DNA of 47,018 nt from a bacterium. GTDB taxonomy: Bacteria; JAHJDO01. This document shows, in pieces, positions 34,769 to 44,199 of the stretch; positions within the stretch are counted from its first letter, which is position 1, and every line of letters starts with the position of its first letter. A program made the translations under genes and the position numbers. The stretch spans positions 1 through 47,018 of the forward strand of contig JAUWOV010000002.1 in assembly GCA_030611945.1 (NCBI GenBank), in the 5' to 3' direction. Under the pieces are notes generated by a model. The model searched no databases. It was given only the letters and a program-made list of their open reading frames with translations, and had not been told where the DNA came from.

Positions 34769-35782
34769 ATGTTAACAACCGTAAATTCAAGTCTAGTTCC
34801 TATTCTATGGGCCCGAGAACTCATCACAGAGATCCTAAGAGATTTATGGATGAGAAAGTTTATCAGCAGCGGGAAAGATAATGTTGTTCAAATTTCCAGC
34901 GAGCTTGGTAAAAAGGCAGGGGACCGCATAAGGTTCGGTTTAAGAATGAAACTTAGCGGCGATGGAATAGACGGAGATGGCGAGAGAGCCGGGCATGAAG
35001 AGGCTCTGGATGTCAAGAACGACGCGTGTGTCATTAATCAAAAATGGCATGGAGTTACGCTAAAAGGCAGAATGGAAGAGCAGAAAGCTGCTTACAATCT
35101 GCGCTCAGAAGCAAAAGCAGGGTTAAAGGACTGGTGGCAGGAACTGATTGATGAGTATATCATTCGGTTCTTGAGCGGTGATACCACTTTGACTTTTGCT
35201 AATGCTGGAACAGCTCCTGATGCGGGGCATCAGGTTTTTGCTGGCGGATTGGCAAAGGCAACTATCACAGCATCAGACAAGTTTGATGTTGGCTGTATCA
35301 AGAGAGCAAAGCAGAAGGCAAAAGTCCCTGCTTCTGGAACTCCAAAAGTTCCGCCTCTCATGATCAATGGAAAACCTCACTGGATAATGATTTTACATCC
35401 TTTTCAGTCAGATGACCTCAAGAGTGATAGTGAATGGTTGCAAAGTCAGCGAACTGCCAATATCAGAGGCGAGAAAAATCCTGTTTTTAGTGGCGCATTA
35501 GGTATCTATGATGGGGTAATCCTGCATGAGCATGAAAAATGCTTGACCTTCTCTGATTATGGTGATGGTGGAAACTTGCCTGCTGCAAGGGCAATTCTGT
35601 GCGGACGACAGGCAGCTCTTTTTGGTAAACAAAAAGAAGTTCCTCGTTGGCATGAAGAGACCATTGACAGAGGGAATAAGTATCATGTCGGCGCTGACAT
35701 GATTTTTGGAATTAAGAAAGCTGTATTTAATTCCAAAGATTTCTCAGTAGTTGCTTGCGATACTTATGCGACAACCATCTAG
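34769..35782 (+). CDS. major capsid protein (HK97-fold, N4-gp56-like family)
   Basis: 337 aa after a strong AAGGAGG. The pattern LWARELI...GKKAGDRIRFGLRMKLSGDGIDGDGERAGHEEAL matches the GDxxxFxL...G.G..GD...G.EE.L capsid signature as I recall it. Confidence 0.82.
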   Translation: MLTTVNSSLVPILWARELITEILRDLWMRKFISSGKDNVVQISSELGKKAGDRIRFGLRMKLSGDGIDGDGERAGHEEALDVKNDACVINQKWHGVTLKGRMEEQKAAYNLRSEAKAGLKDWWQELIDEYIIRFLSGDTTLTFANAGTAPDAGHQVFAGGLAKATITASDKFDVGCIKRAKQKAKVPASGTPKVPPLMINGKPHWIMILHPFQSDDLKSDSEWLQSQRTANIRGEKNPVFSGALGIYDGVILHEHEKCLTFSDYGDGGNLPAARAILCGRQAALFGKQKEVPRWHEETIDRGNKYHVGADMIFGIKKAVFNSKDFSVVACDTYATTI

Positions 35783-35796
35783 TAGGAGAAGTAATA

Positions 35797-35821
35797 GGGG
35801 GAGCGGATTTCCCGCTCCTCC
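35797..35821 (+). other. strong stem-loop after the capsid gene (no U-tract)
   Basis: GGGGGAGCGG-ATTTC-CCGCTCCTCC forms 10 bp including one G-U pair. Confidence 0.55.
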
Positions 35822-35842
35822 AATAACAAAAGGAGAATAGTC

Positions 35843-36142
35843 ATGGCTTATGATTATGCTACAACTGAACAAAGGGCTTTGGAAACAGGGGAAATGGAGC
35901 TTATTCTTGATGTTACACCTGACGCCGCTACTGGAGATATAACTGTCACAGGTTATGCTTCTGTGAGGGTTGTAGGTGTAGTTCCATTGATTGAAGACCC
36001 TGCTGCTAATGCGCAGGTTGCAGTTCAAGCGTTGAGAGACGGTTCAACTCTTAATAAGATAAACCTGAAACTCTGGCAGGCTGCTAATTCGGCTGCTGCG
36101 GCATATAAGAAGTTCAGACTTCTTGTCAGGGGAATTAAGTAA
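35843..36142 (+). CDS. 99-aa virion-module protein (possible decoration/accessory)
   Basis: AAGGAG lies upstream. Position is directly after the capsid gene. Confidence 0.5.
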   Translation: MAYDYATTEQRALETGEMELILDVTPDAATGDITVTGYASVRVVGVVPLIEDPAANAQVAVQALRDGSTLNKINLKLWQAANSAAAAYKKFRLLVRGIK

Positions 36143-36157
36143 CAAAACATGAGTGAG

Positions 36158-36177
36158 GGGGAGCTTAATTGCTCCCC
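36158..36177 (+). other. stem-loop related to 35797-35821
   Basis: GGGGAGC-TTAATT-GCTCCCC, 7 bp. Confidence 0.5.
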
Positions 36178-36199
36178 ATACTCTAACAAGGGAGATATT

Positions 36200-37423
36200 A
36201 TGAAGAAAAAATGGGTAGGAATAATAGGAAGTATTTTAATACTTCTTATGTTTGGAACTTATGCGATAGGTAATAGCTACCTAACAACGAAGTTCCTAAG
36301 AGGTTATACAACTATAGATCTCTACAACATCCTGATTGATTTTGAGACGGATGTGGACTTAAATACAGCAAAGGTTACTAATGCAACTCATACAGGCGAG
36401 GTAACAGGAGCAACAGCTTTAACAATCACTGATGAGGCTGTAACCTATGCCAAGATGCAACATGTATCTGCCACAGCTAGATTGTTAGGTAGAACGACAG
36501 CAGGGGCTGGAGACGTTGAGGAGATAACAGTCGGTGGAGATATCAGTCAAAGTGGCAGCACATTCACAATCGGAGCGGATAAGGTTTCATACGATAAAAT
36601 GCAAGATGTATCAGCTACCGATAAGCTCTTGGGCAGAAGCACAGCAGGGGCAGGAACAGTTGAAGAAATAGCTTGCACTGCGGCAGGTAGAGCCATATTA
36701 GACGATGCTGATGTCTCCGCGCAAAGAACTACTTTAGGCGTAGATCCAGCAGGAACTGATAACTCTACTGATGTTACGCTTAATGCTAGTGCTACAACGG
36801 GCGGATTAAGTCTGTCAACGCAGGAGATAAGTCATAGAACTGCAACAAATGCACAAACAGGCTATATGACTGCTGCTCTGGTTCTTGATATTGAAAACGA
36901 TAACTTGGCAGAAAAGACACCTGTAAACGCCGTAGCTTCAGAGGGGAAAATTACTTCTGATGCAACTGCACCTTCAGATACAGATACTGTAACTATTGAT
37001 GAGAAGGTTTACACCTTCAAAACGGTACTTACGCCTGTTGAAGGTGAGGTTCTGATTGGTGGCTCTGCTGCCATTGCTCTTGATAATCTATTATCAGCGA
37101 TTAACCATACAGGAACTCCTGATACAGATTATAAATGTGCAGCGGTTCATCCAACAGTAACTGCAACTACAAATACCGATACAACTCAGGTAGTTCAAGC
37201 AAAGACTAAGGGTGTTGCGGGAGATTTAATTGCTCTTGCCGAGGCATCTACGCATTTAACTGTGGATGCAGCGACTTTAGGCACAGAAACAGCAGGAGTA
37301 GACGGCACAGTAGGCGTTGCTAATGAGACTTGCGCAGACGGGTCATATCTCTACCACTGCACTGCTACAAACACAATAGCAGACGCTAATTGGAGACGGG
37401 TTTCACTAGGTTCAGCATATTAA
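36200..37423 (+). CDS. fibre-like repeat protein with an N-terminal hydrophobic segment
   Basis: Start moved to MKKKWVG, after GGGAG; the track start at 36149 contains the hairpin. Internal repeat (A/D)KMQ.VSAT..LLGR.TAGAG.VEEI occurs twice, as in phage fibre proteins. The rest is Thr/Ala-rich. Confidence 0.5.
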   Translation: MKKKWVGIIGSILILLMFGTYAIGNSYLTTKFLRGYTTIDLYNILIDFETDVDLNTAKVTNATHTGEVTGATALTITDEAVTYAKMQHVSATARLLGRTTAGAGDVEEITVGGDISQSGSTFTIGADKVSYDKMQDVSATDKLLGRSTAGAGTVEEIACTAAGRAILDDADVSAQRTTLGVDPAGTDNSTDVTLNASATTGGLSLSTQEISHRTATNAQTGYMTAALVLDIENDNLAEKTPVNAVASEGKITSDATAPSDTDTVTIDEKVYTFKTVLTPVEGEVLIGGSAAIALDNLLSAINHTGTPDTDYKCAAVHPTVTATTNTDTTQVVQAKTKGVAGDLIALAEASTHLTVDAATLGTETAGVDGTVGVANETCADGSYLYHCTATNTIADANWRRVSLGSAY

Positions 37424-37434
37424 ATTAACTGTAT

Positions 37435-37466
37435 GGAGGGCTTAAGATATTACCTTTAAGCTCCCC
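37435..37466 (+). other. stem-loop related to the two above
   Basis: GGAGGGCTTAA-N10-TTAAGCTCCCC pairs at 10 of 11 positions. Confidence 0.45.
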
Positions 37467-37487
37467 GTGCGAAATGGAGATAAAAAA

Positions 37488-38555
37488 ATGCTAACCTTTA
37501 AGCAAATACAAGTTCTTGTGTGTTCTAAGTTCGGCTTTACCTTATCAGAGATGACAGATGCGGAAGATCTCGCAACTCTAAACCTCATTAAGTCTTATAT
37601 TAACTTTGCTCAAGATATTGTTTATCAAAACAAGATGTCTTGGATGAAAGCGCAGGGGTTTATTTGTCTAAAAGCAAAGTATAATACAGGAACTATAACC
37701 GCAACACAAAACTCTGCTTCTATTACCGGCGATGGAACTACATTTACTCGTGATATGGAAGGACAGAAGATAGTTATTGAAGACGGAGCTGATGGTTCAG
37801 TAGTTTATAGACTTAAAGACTTCACTTCTGCAACTGTGTTTTCTCTGGACGGCAAATATATCCACACAGGCGGAATTGGACTGACATACGCAATTTATTA
37901 CGATGTATATTTACTTCCCATAAATTTCAATTCGCTTATAGAAATGAAAGATGTGGATGTCTCATCTGACGATAAGGAGAAAAGCTATAAATTACTTTTA
38001 GAGGATATAGCTTCGGGTATTCCCGCAGAAATGCAATTCATAGGATTTGCTGATAAATCTTATTACAGCACAGGCACAGTTTCAATTGATAAAGCAGCTA
38101 CAGAAGTGATTGGGGTTGGGACAGCTTTTGATGATGATTTTGTAGGCAGGAGCATACAGTTAGGGACCTATGGCAAGTTATATGAGGTTGCAAGTGTTGC
38201 AGACGGAACTCATTTAGCTATCAATAAAGGATTTGGCGGAGAAAATATATCGGGTGGAAAATTTCAAGTGGATCCGTCTCTTATAGAGAGAATTAAGTTT
38301 AGTTCTTCTCCTTCCATAGCAAAACGCATTCCTTATGCTTATTACAAAAAAGCAATAACATTGCAGGATGATGAGGATATTTCCCCTATTCCAGCAGATG
38401 ATGTATTGGTTTTAGGCGGAATATGGCTATATGCAAAGAATGATAATCAGTCTTATCAGAACATAGCATTACGGGATTTTGACGATGCAATAAATAGAGT
38501 AAGAAGTAAGAGAGTGGCTGGCTCACCTACTTTAGTTAAAGCGAATGAGGCGTAA
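37488..38555 (+). CDS. 355-aa virion structural protein (adaptor/tail, unassigned)
   Basis: ATG 37488 lies 8 nt after GGAG; the track uses a GTG at 37467. Call is by position in the morphogenesis array. Confidence 0.45.
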   Translation: MLTFKQIQVLVCSKFGFTLSEMTDAEDLATLNLIKSYINFAQDIVYQNKMSWMKAQGFICLKAKYNTGTITATQNSASITGDGTTFTRDMEGQKIVIEDGADGSVVYRLKDFTSATVFSLDGKYIHTGGIGLTYAIYYDVYLLPINFNSLIEMKDVDVSSDDKEKSYKLLLEDIASGIPAEMQFIGFADKSYYSTGTVSIDKAATEVIGVGTAFDDDFVGRSIQLGTYGKLYEVASVADGTHLAINKGFGGENISGGKFQVDPSLIERIKFSSSPSIAKRIPYAYYKKAITLQDDEDISPIPADDVLVLGGIWLYAKNDNQSYQNIALRDFDDAINRVRSKRVAGSPTLVKANEA

Positions 38556-38806
38556 TGGCTAGTTTAATAATAGAGCATTTTTTTGGTGCAAACACAAAAG
38601 GCGATAAAAAGGATGTGAGCGAACATGCCTGCATACGACAAAAGAATATGGTATCGGCAAATGGACTGTTTTCAACTCGTGAAGGCTATAAAAAGTTAGA
38701 TAGCACAGAATATTCAGCAAGGATAAATATGGTTTACTATTTCAAGCGAAGCGTGGGCGGAAATAAGACGCTAGTTTGCGCAGGAGGCAACATTTATGCC
38801 GTCTGA
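38555..38806 (+). CDS. 83-aa protein, stand-alone paralogue of the N-terminal domain of the next gene
   Basis: Gap-free alignment to residues 1-83 of the next protein at about 40% identity (F.G..T.G..K...C.R.KNM...F.TR.GYKK...Y.A.IN..Y.FKR.VGG...GGN.Y). Confidence 0.55.
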   Translation: MASLIIEHFFGANTKGDKKDVSEHACIRQKNMVSANGLFSTREGYKKLDSTEYSARINMVYYFKRSVGGNKTLVCAGGNIYAV

Positions 38807-39452
38807 TACACTTAAAACTTTTTCTGGGCAAATTACGGAAGGCTCGCAAAAGGCTATTCCAAAGGATAACTGTTATAGAATGAAGAATATGCGGTGTCTT
38901 GAGAATAAGTTTTTAACACGTGCTGGCTATAAGAAATACAATTTAGTTCCTTATGACGCACATATAAACCTAATTTATGAATTTAAAAGGGTAGTAGGTG
39001 GGCATTTGGATATAATAGGTTTTGGTGGAAACTTGTATGAAGGGTATCCTGTTCCTCCGCCTTGGACTACTTTGGGTGGATTTTCTGATCCCTATGGTAT
39101 CTACTACGACCCTGCGAGTGGGCATATTTATGTTGCTAACAGTGGTAATAACCGCATAGTCAAGACCAAGATAGACGGCACTGGTTGGCAGACTTTAGGT
39201 GGATTTTCTGATCCTTGCGGTATCCACTACGACCCTGCAAGTGAATATATTTATGTTGCTAACAGCAATAATCATCGCATAGTAAAGACGCAAATAGACG
39301 GAACTGGTTGGACTACCTATGGAAGTGGTGGTAGTGGAGTAGGGAAATTTTCTGATCCCTATGGTATCTACTACGACCCTGCGAGTGGGCATATTTATGT
39401 TGCTGATCAGGATAATAACCGCATAGTAAAAGCAATACCAGATTGGAGTTAA
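38796..39452 (+). CDS. tail-associated protein: shared N-terminal domain plus three NHL-type repeats
   Basis: Three copies of FSDP.GI.YDPAS..IYVA...N.RIVK..IDGTGW match the NHL beta-propeller blade motif. Confidence 0.65.
   Translation: MPSDTLKTFSGQITEGSQKAIPKDNCYRMKNMRCLENKFLTRAGYKKYNLVPYDAHINLIYEFKRVVGGHLDIIGFGGNLYEGYPVPPPWTTLGGFSDPYGIYYDPASGHIYVANSGNNRIVKTKIDGTGWQTLGGFSDPCGIHYDPASEYIYVANSNNHRIVKTQIDGTGWTTYGSGGSGVGKFSDPYGIYYDPASGHIYVADQDNNRIVKAIPDWS
39081..39425 (+). repeat. three tandem DNA repeats encoding the NHL blades
   Basis: Copies start at 39081, 39204 and 39348. Copies 1 and 3 share 57 identical consecutive bases (39081-39137 and 39348-39404). Confidence 0.85.
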
Positions 39453-39453
39453 A

Positions 39454-41511
39454 ATGGCACTAATAAAATCAGGACTTAAAGACTTACTTATGCAGGCGGC
39501 AACTTTACAGGGCAAAGCATTTATTGTAAATGGTCAGGACGGGAATATGTCATATAATGGCTGGACTACACCTGCAAGCCAAGTATTAGTAAACATGAGT
39601 ATAAAAGCACCGCCAGCTTGCGCAACAGATGAAGGCACTAATTTAGCAGGTTCTCTAGTAGTAGGTGGAAAATACAAAGTTAAATTTGAGTATTACAATA
39701 AAAGCAGAAGTGTGCCGTCTGGAATGAGTCCGGAGTCCGAAGTAATAATTTGTCAAAGTAATGGAGGCATAAGAGCCAATATTCCCGCCAACTCAGGCGT
39801 AGATAGTCAAGTAACACATATAAGAGCGTATCTGACGGCTAATGGCGGGAGTGTCTTTAGACTTGATGACGCAGACGGAAAAGCATATACAGGCGCAGCT
39901 ATTACTTATGACTTCACAGTAGTGGAAAAAGCTAGAAAAGTGGCAATGGGCGAACTAGCGGCAGACGGCAAGTCAAACATAGACGTTCACGGCATATTCC
40001 CTACTGTTAAATATATAAAGGCTTTTAAGGATAGATTATGGGGACTAGGCACAGAGAAGTTTTCAGGCGGGACGGTAGCTGTAACAAACGGAAGTAAAAC
40101 AGTAACTCTTTCAGACGATACACTGCCGACAGGCATAGCAGACGGATATACGCATTTTCACATAGACGGCGATTCGAGAAAATATCTCATAGATTCCAGA
40201 ACCGACGACACACATTTTGAACTAAAACAGAACTATGACGGAACAACAGGAAGCGGAAAGTCATACTATATTTACGGAGAGAACTCATATCTTTATATGA
40301 CATACATAACCCCAGGCGGGATACCTATGCCAGAAAGCTGGCCAGCAGACCATTTTGTCCCTATAAACAAAGATGATAACGATGTATGCACAGGACACGG
40401 CGTTACACATAACCAAATAGTAGCCTTTAAGACAAGAAGTCTTGGCATTGTAAGCGGAACAAGCCAAAGTAATTTCCAATTTATTTGCATAACAGTAGAA
40501 ACAGGCTGTATATCAGGTTATACAATAGACAATAACGATAAAGGCGACCTTTTATTCCTATCAGAAAAAGGACTTTGTTTAACTAATGGAAATGAGGTAG
40601 TAAACCTGTCAGAAAGCCAGATAGGCAATATCTTCACAGGAGAGGGTAATCCTCCTTGGACCGTAGAGAAAAGCCTTCTGGGAAACGCCTGTGGGGGTTA
40701 TGACATACTTACTAATAAATATACACTCTTTGTTACAGAAAACGGACAGACACAAAATATAAAAAGAGTAGTTTACGACTTCAACAAAGTAAATGGTGTA
40801 GCTATTGGCTGGTATGAAGGAGATGGAATAGTAGCGCGCTGTTGTGGAATACTTGAGGACGCAAGCGGATCACCGAAGGTATCTTTTGGGTGCGACGGTG
40901 GAGTAAACGGAGACAAAGCGTACGTATATTCTTATGATGAGGATGTTACAAATGACGGAGCTGGCACAACTTCAACTAAAAGAGGAACTGTAACATCTGC
41001 AACTAATAATAGCTTGACGGATAGCGCAGCTAATTTTACTGATGATATTTTGGGGTGCAATGTTTCGATATTGAGTGGAACAGGAGCAGGGCAATCAATA
41101 CGTATTTATACAAGAGATAGCGCAACTAAATTCACATTAGAAGCTAATTGGGACACTAACCCAGATACTACCAGCATATATGCCATAGGAGCTATTGACG
41201 CTTTTAGGTTATTCAAACAGCAGGATTTCGGGGCCCTGGGAAGTAAGATACTGGATAAGATAATTCTGATTTTCAAACAGGCAGCATATTCGTGTTACAT
41301 CAAGGTATTTAACGACTATTCAACCACAGAAAAGATAGATAAGACAATCTCACTAGATACATCAAAGGGGTATCGTATGTTGCGAATCGGACAAAACAAA
41401 GCCAGATTACATCAACTCAAGATAGGTCTCAATGATGTGGATAAACCTATCGAAATACGTGAAATAAAAGTGGAATTTAGAGGTGTTGGCAAACCGAAGG
41501 ATTTTGAATAA
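39454..41511 (+). CDS. 685-aa large tail structural protein (nozzle, tubular or spike-like; unassigned)
   Basis: Call rests on size, beta-rich composition and position. Confidence 0.4.
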   Translation: MALIKSGLKDLLMQAATLQGKAFIVNGQDGNMSYNGWTTPASQVLVNMSIKAPPACATDEGTNLAGSLVVGGKYKVKFEYYNKSRSVPSGMSPESEVIICQSNGGIRANIPANSGVDSQVTHIRAYLTANGGSVFRLDDADGKAYTGAAITYDFTVVEKARKVAMGELAADGKSNIDVHGIFPTVKYIKAFKDRLWGLGTEKFSGGTVAVTNGSKTVTLSDDTLPTGIADGYTHFHIDGDSRKYLIDSRTDDTHFELKQNYDGTTGSGKSYYIYGENSYLYMTYITPGGIPMPESWPADHFVPINKDDNDVCTGHGVTHNQIVAFKTRSLGIVSGTSQSNFQFICITVETGCISGYTIDNNDKGDLLFLSEKGLCLTNGNEVVNLSESQIGNIFTGEGNPPWTVEKSLLGNACGGYDILTNKYTLFVTENGQTQNIKRVVYDFNKVNGVAIGWYEGDGIVARCCGILEDASGSPKVSFGCDGGVNGDKAYVYSYDEDVTNDGAGTTSTKRGTVTSATNNSLTDSAANFTDDILGCNVSILSGTGAGQSIRIYTRDSATKFTLEANWDTNPDTTSIYAIGAIDAFRLFKQQDFGALGSKILDKIILIFKQAAYSCYIKVFNDYSTTEKIDKTISLDTSKGYRMLRIGQNKARLHQLKIGLNDVDKPIEIREIKVEFRGVGKPKDFE

Positions 41512-41972
41512 TGGATTTTGTTAATAGATATAACTTTAATGATCCTCAACTTGCCGATTTAGCCAGACAACTAGAGGGTATATTGAATGGGAATCTTGAA
41601 GGTAGTAATTTTACATCAGTAACAAGTTCAGGCTTGACAGGTAAATACTGCAAGACAAAGAGATTTGGTAATTTTTTAGTAGCTGGGGAAGTATTTGGGA
41701 TTTTTTATTCTCCTGATACCATTTCCATTATTAAACTTTTTTTAAGTATTGGCGCAGTTGCAGATCAAGATATTACAGTAGAAATTTACAAAAATGATGT
41801 TGCAACAGGACAGATTGCAACTTTATCAAGTGGAACAAAATCAGAAATGACTATCTTAGGCAGTCCATTGAGTTTTATAGAGACTGATAAAGTCAGTTTA
41901 AAGGTAATTACTTGCGGATCAGACAATGATCCAGGACAAGATTTAGATTGTGATCTGTATTATGAAATATAA
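41511..41972 (+). CDS. 153-aa virion-module protein
   Basis: TAATG coupling with the upstream gene. Confidence 0.45.
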   Translation: MDFVNRYNFNDPQLADLARQLEGILNGNLEGSNFTSVTSSGLTGKYCKTKRFGNFLVAGEVFGIFYSPDTISIIKLFLSIGAVADQDITVEIYKNDVATGQIATLSSGTKSEMTILGSPLSFIETDKVSLKVITCGSDNDPGQDLDCDLYYEI

Positions 41973-41987
41973 GGGGGTGTAAATATA

Positions 41988-42839
41988 ATGGCTAGGACAA
42001 TAGCACAAATTCAAGCAGAAATGGCAAATCTTCCTACTTCTTTTTCTGTTAGCAGTAGAGGTGGTGGAGCACAGGTAGGTGATAAGGACTGGCGAAAAAG
42101 ACAAGCATTACAGCAGGAACTTACAGCATTGAAAAGAGCAGAACAGGTAACTCCTATAACTGCTATCACAACAGCAATGAAGGAAACTCAAAGACGTGCA
42201 GCAGAAGATAAAAAGTTGGCTCTGGCAGGAGTAACAGGCAGGGAAACACAGGCAACAGGGGCTATTACAGCAGGCAGGGAAAAAGGCATAGCGGCTTATA
42301 GTCCCACAGAGGAGCTTCTAGCAGAAGCAAGAAAAGAAGTGAGTCCTGAACGTGAAGCTGAGATGTATGAAGCGGGCAGGATAGGTATTGAAGCAGGCAC
42401 ACAGGCAGGGAAAAGACGACTACAAGAGACTTATGCTCGTGGCGGTGCTCCGGGTGGTGCTATGTTTAGAATGATGGGTGATGTTGAATCAGCAGGACAG
42501 GGGCAATTATCTGAAGTGCAAAGAAACATAAATATTGATAGATACAAAAAGTTAATGGGTTTAACAGGCGAAAGCGGAAGAATAGCAGGAGCAAAGGCAA
42601 CTATATTTGGGCAGGAAGGCAGAAGTCTTGCAGATGTTTATGGAACAACCGGCAGAACATTAGCAGATATTTATAAACATACCATTGCTAAGGTCCCTGA
42701 ATATCCTGAAATACCTAGTGGCGGTGGCGGGACTACTAGGACTGTATCAGGTGGAGGATTTAGAAGTGCACCTAAAAAGAAAAAGGTTTATCGACCTACT
42801 ACGGCTACTACTTGGGGAAGTCGTTGGAGTATGAACTGA
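41988..42839 (+). CDS. 283-aa Gly/Ala/Arg-rich protein (possible internal virion protein)
   Basis: Call rests on low-complexity composition and position. Confidence 0.4.
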   Translation: MARTIAQIQAEMANLPTSFSVSSRGGGAQVGDKDWRKRQALQQELTALKRAEQVTPITAITTAMKETQRRAAEDKKLALAGVTGRETQATGAITAGREKGIAAYSPTEELLAEARKEVSPEREAEMYEAGRIGIEAGTQAGKRRLQETYARGGAPGGAMFRMMGDVESAGQGQLSEVQRNINIDRYKKLMGLTGESGRIAGAKATIFGQEGRSLADVYGTTGRTLADIYKHTIAKVPEYPEIPSGGGGTTRTVSGGGFRSAPKKKKVYRPTTATTWGSRWSMN

Positions 42840-42861
42840 TAAAGAGAGGAGAGTGATATAA

Positions 42862-44199
42862 ATGGCAGGATTCGGAATCGACCCCACAAGTTTAAGTTTA
42901 AGCCCAGCGGGCTACCTACAGCACCGCAGAGCACGCAAAGCACAGGACATAGGGGAAGCACAATTTGAAAGAAATTTGATAGAAAAAGAAGCAGATAGAA
43001 AAGCGAGATTTGCTGAGTTGCAATTTGATGCAGACCAAAAACTATTAATAGAAAAAGCAAAAACCGAAGCAAAACTTTTAGCTGATGAGGCAAAATCGAC
43101 TAAAGAAATACGGACATGGGCAGAAAATCGTGCTAACGAAGCAATAAAGGCTGGTAACGCTACTTTTGACCAATGGGATGAACTCGTTGACTATTTTATA
43201 GGCGTAAAGACAGGACAAGCACGACAGCCACAACCTCAATTTCAACCCGCAGGAGCAGAGGGCGGTTATGATTTAAGAACAGAAGAAGCAGCATTGGAAG
43301 AAGAAATGGGCAGAATGAAGCAAGCTAAACAGCAACCTGCGCCTTACACAGAAATGATTCCTACTGTTACAGGCGGAGAAGGTAGTTATGTGTTAGAAAC
43401 ACAGGAAAATTTACCGGAAGAACTTCGGAAAGAACAAGGTCAACCAGCAAGAGAATTAACATTAGAGGAAATAAATAAGCAAATATTAGATGAATATAAG
43501 GCAGGACAAGCACCAACGCCAGCACCTGTAACACCCCCAGCACCTAGAAAGCCAGAAATACCAGAAGCGGTTGTTAAAACAAGATACGCGCCAGAATACA
43601 GACGTGAAACTCGTCAGATAAAAAATGCTACAAGAACAATAAACCAAATTAAAAAAGATGAAGCTAGGCTTGAAAAACTGATAAAAAGTCCTGCTTTTTC
43701 TCCTAATAAGAAAAAATACAGAGATGATCTGAAAAAGTTAAAAGCCAGAAGAGAGAAACTAAAAGGAAAAGTAGATACTTCAGAAAAAAGGCTTATAGCA
43801 ATAGAGAGAGAATCGGGAGAGAAATGGGAAGCTAAGCGGGAGAAGTTGGAAAAACCGACTTCTAGAGAAGCAACAAGAACGAAAAATCTAATAAAATACT
43901 TTGAAGAAATTAATAAAGGAAAAATAACACAAAGCAGAGAAGAAGGATTTAGCCATGATGAAAAGAAAAAGTTAGAGCCAATTCTTAAACGATACAATGC
44001 AATTCTTAAAAAAGAAGGTAGCCCTGAATTAGAGTTATACTATGACACTGTAGGTAAAAATAAGTGGAGATTGAGAGAGAAAGCAGGAACAGCTACAAGT
44101 GGTAATGAACAAGAAACACTAATACAAGACAATATGCGTGCTTATGGTAAGAGTAGAGAAGAAGTTATTTCTGCACTTAAAGCAAAGGGATTATTATAA
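42862..44199 (+). CDS. 445-aa highly charged coiled-coil protein (possible internal/ejection protein)
   Basis: Lys/Glu-rich with a Pro-rich linker PTPAPVTPPAPRKPEIPE. Confidence 0.4.
   Translation: MAGFGIDPTSLSLSPAGYLQHRRARKAQDIGEAQFERNLIEKEADRKARFAELQFDADQKLLIEKAKTEAKLLADEAKSTKEIRTWAENRANEAIKAGNATFDQWDELVDYFIGVKTGQARQPQPQFQPAGAEGGYDLRTEEAALEEEMGRMKQAKQQPAPYTEMIPTVTGGEGSYVLETQENLPEELRKEQGQPARELTLEEINKQILDEYKAGQAPTPAPVTPPAPRKPEIPEAVVKTRYAPEYRRETRQIKNATRTINQIKKDEARLEKLIKSPAFSPNKKKYRDDLKKLKARREKLKGKVDTSEKRLIAIERESGEKWEAKREKLEKPTSREATRTKNLIKYFEEINKGKITQSREEGFSHDEKKKLEPILKRYNAILKKEGSPELELYYDTVGKNKWRLREKAGTATSGNEQETLIQDNMRAYGKSREEVISALKAKGLL

Noticed and set aside
38796-38806. Possible programmed frameshift joining the 83-aa and 218-aa ORFs across their 11-nt overlap
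   Set aside because: The second ORF carries its own complete copy of the domain encoded by the first, so a fusion would duplicate the domain. There is no slippery heptamer at the overlap. Tandem paralogy explains the arrangement.
39081-39404. Template/variable repeat pair of a diversity-generating retroelement
   Set aside because: The two 57-bp copies are identical rather than differing at adenines. No reverse transcriptase gene is present in the window.
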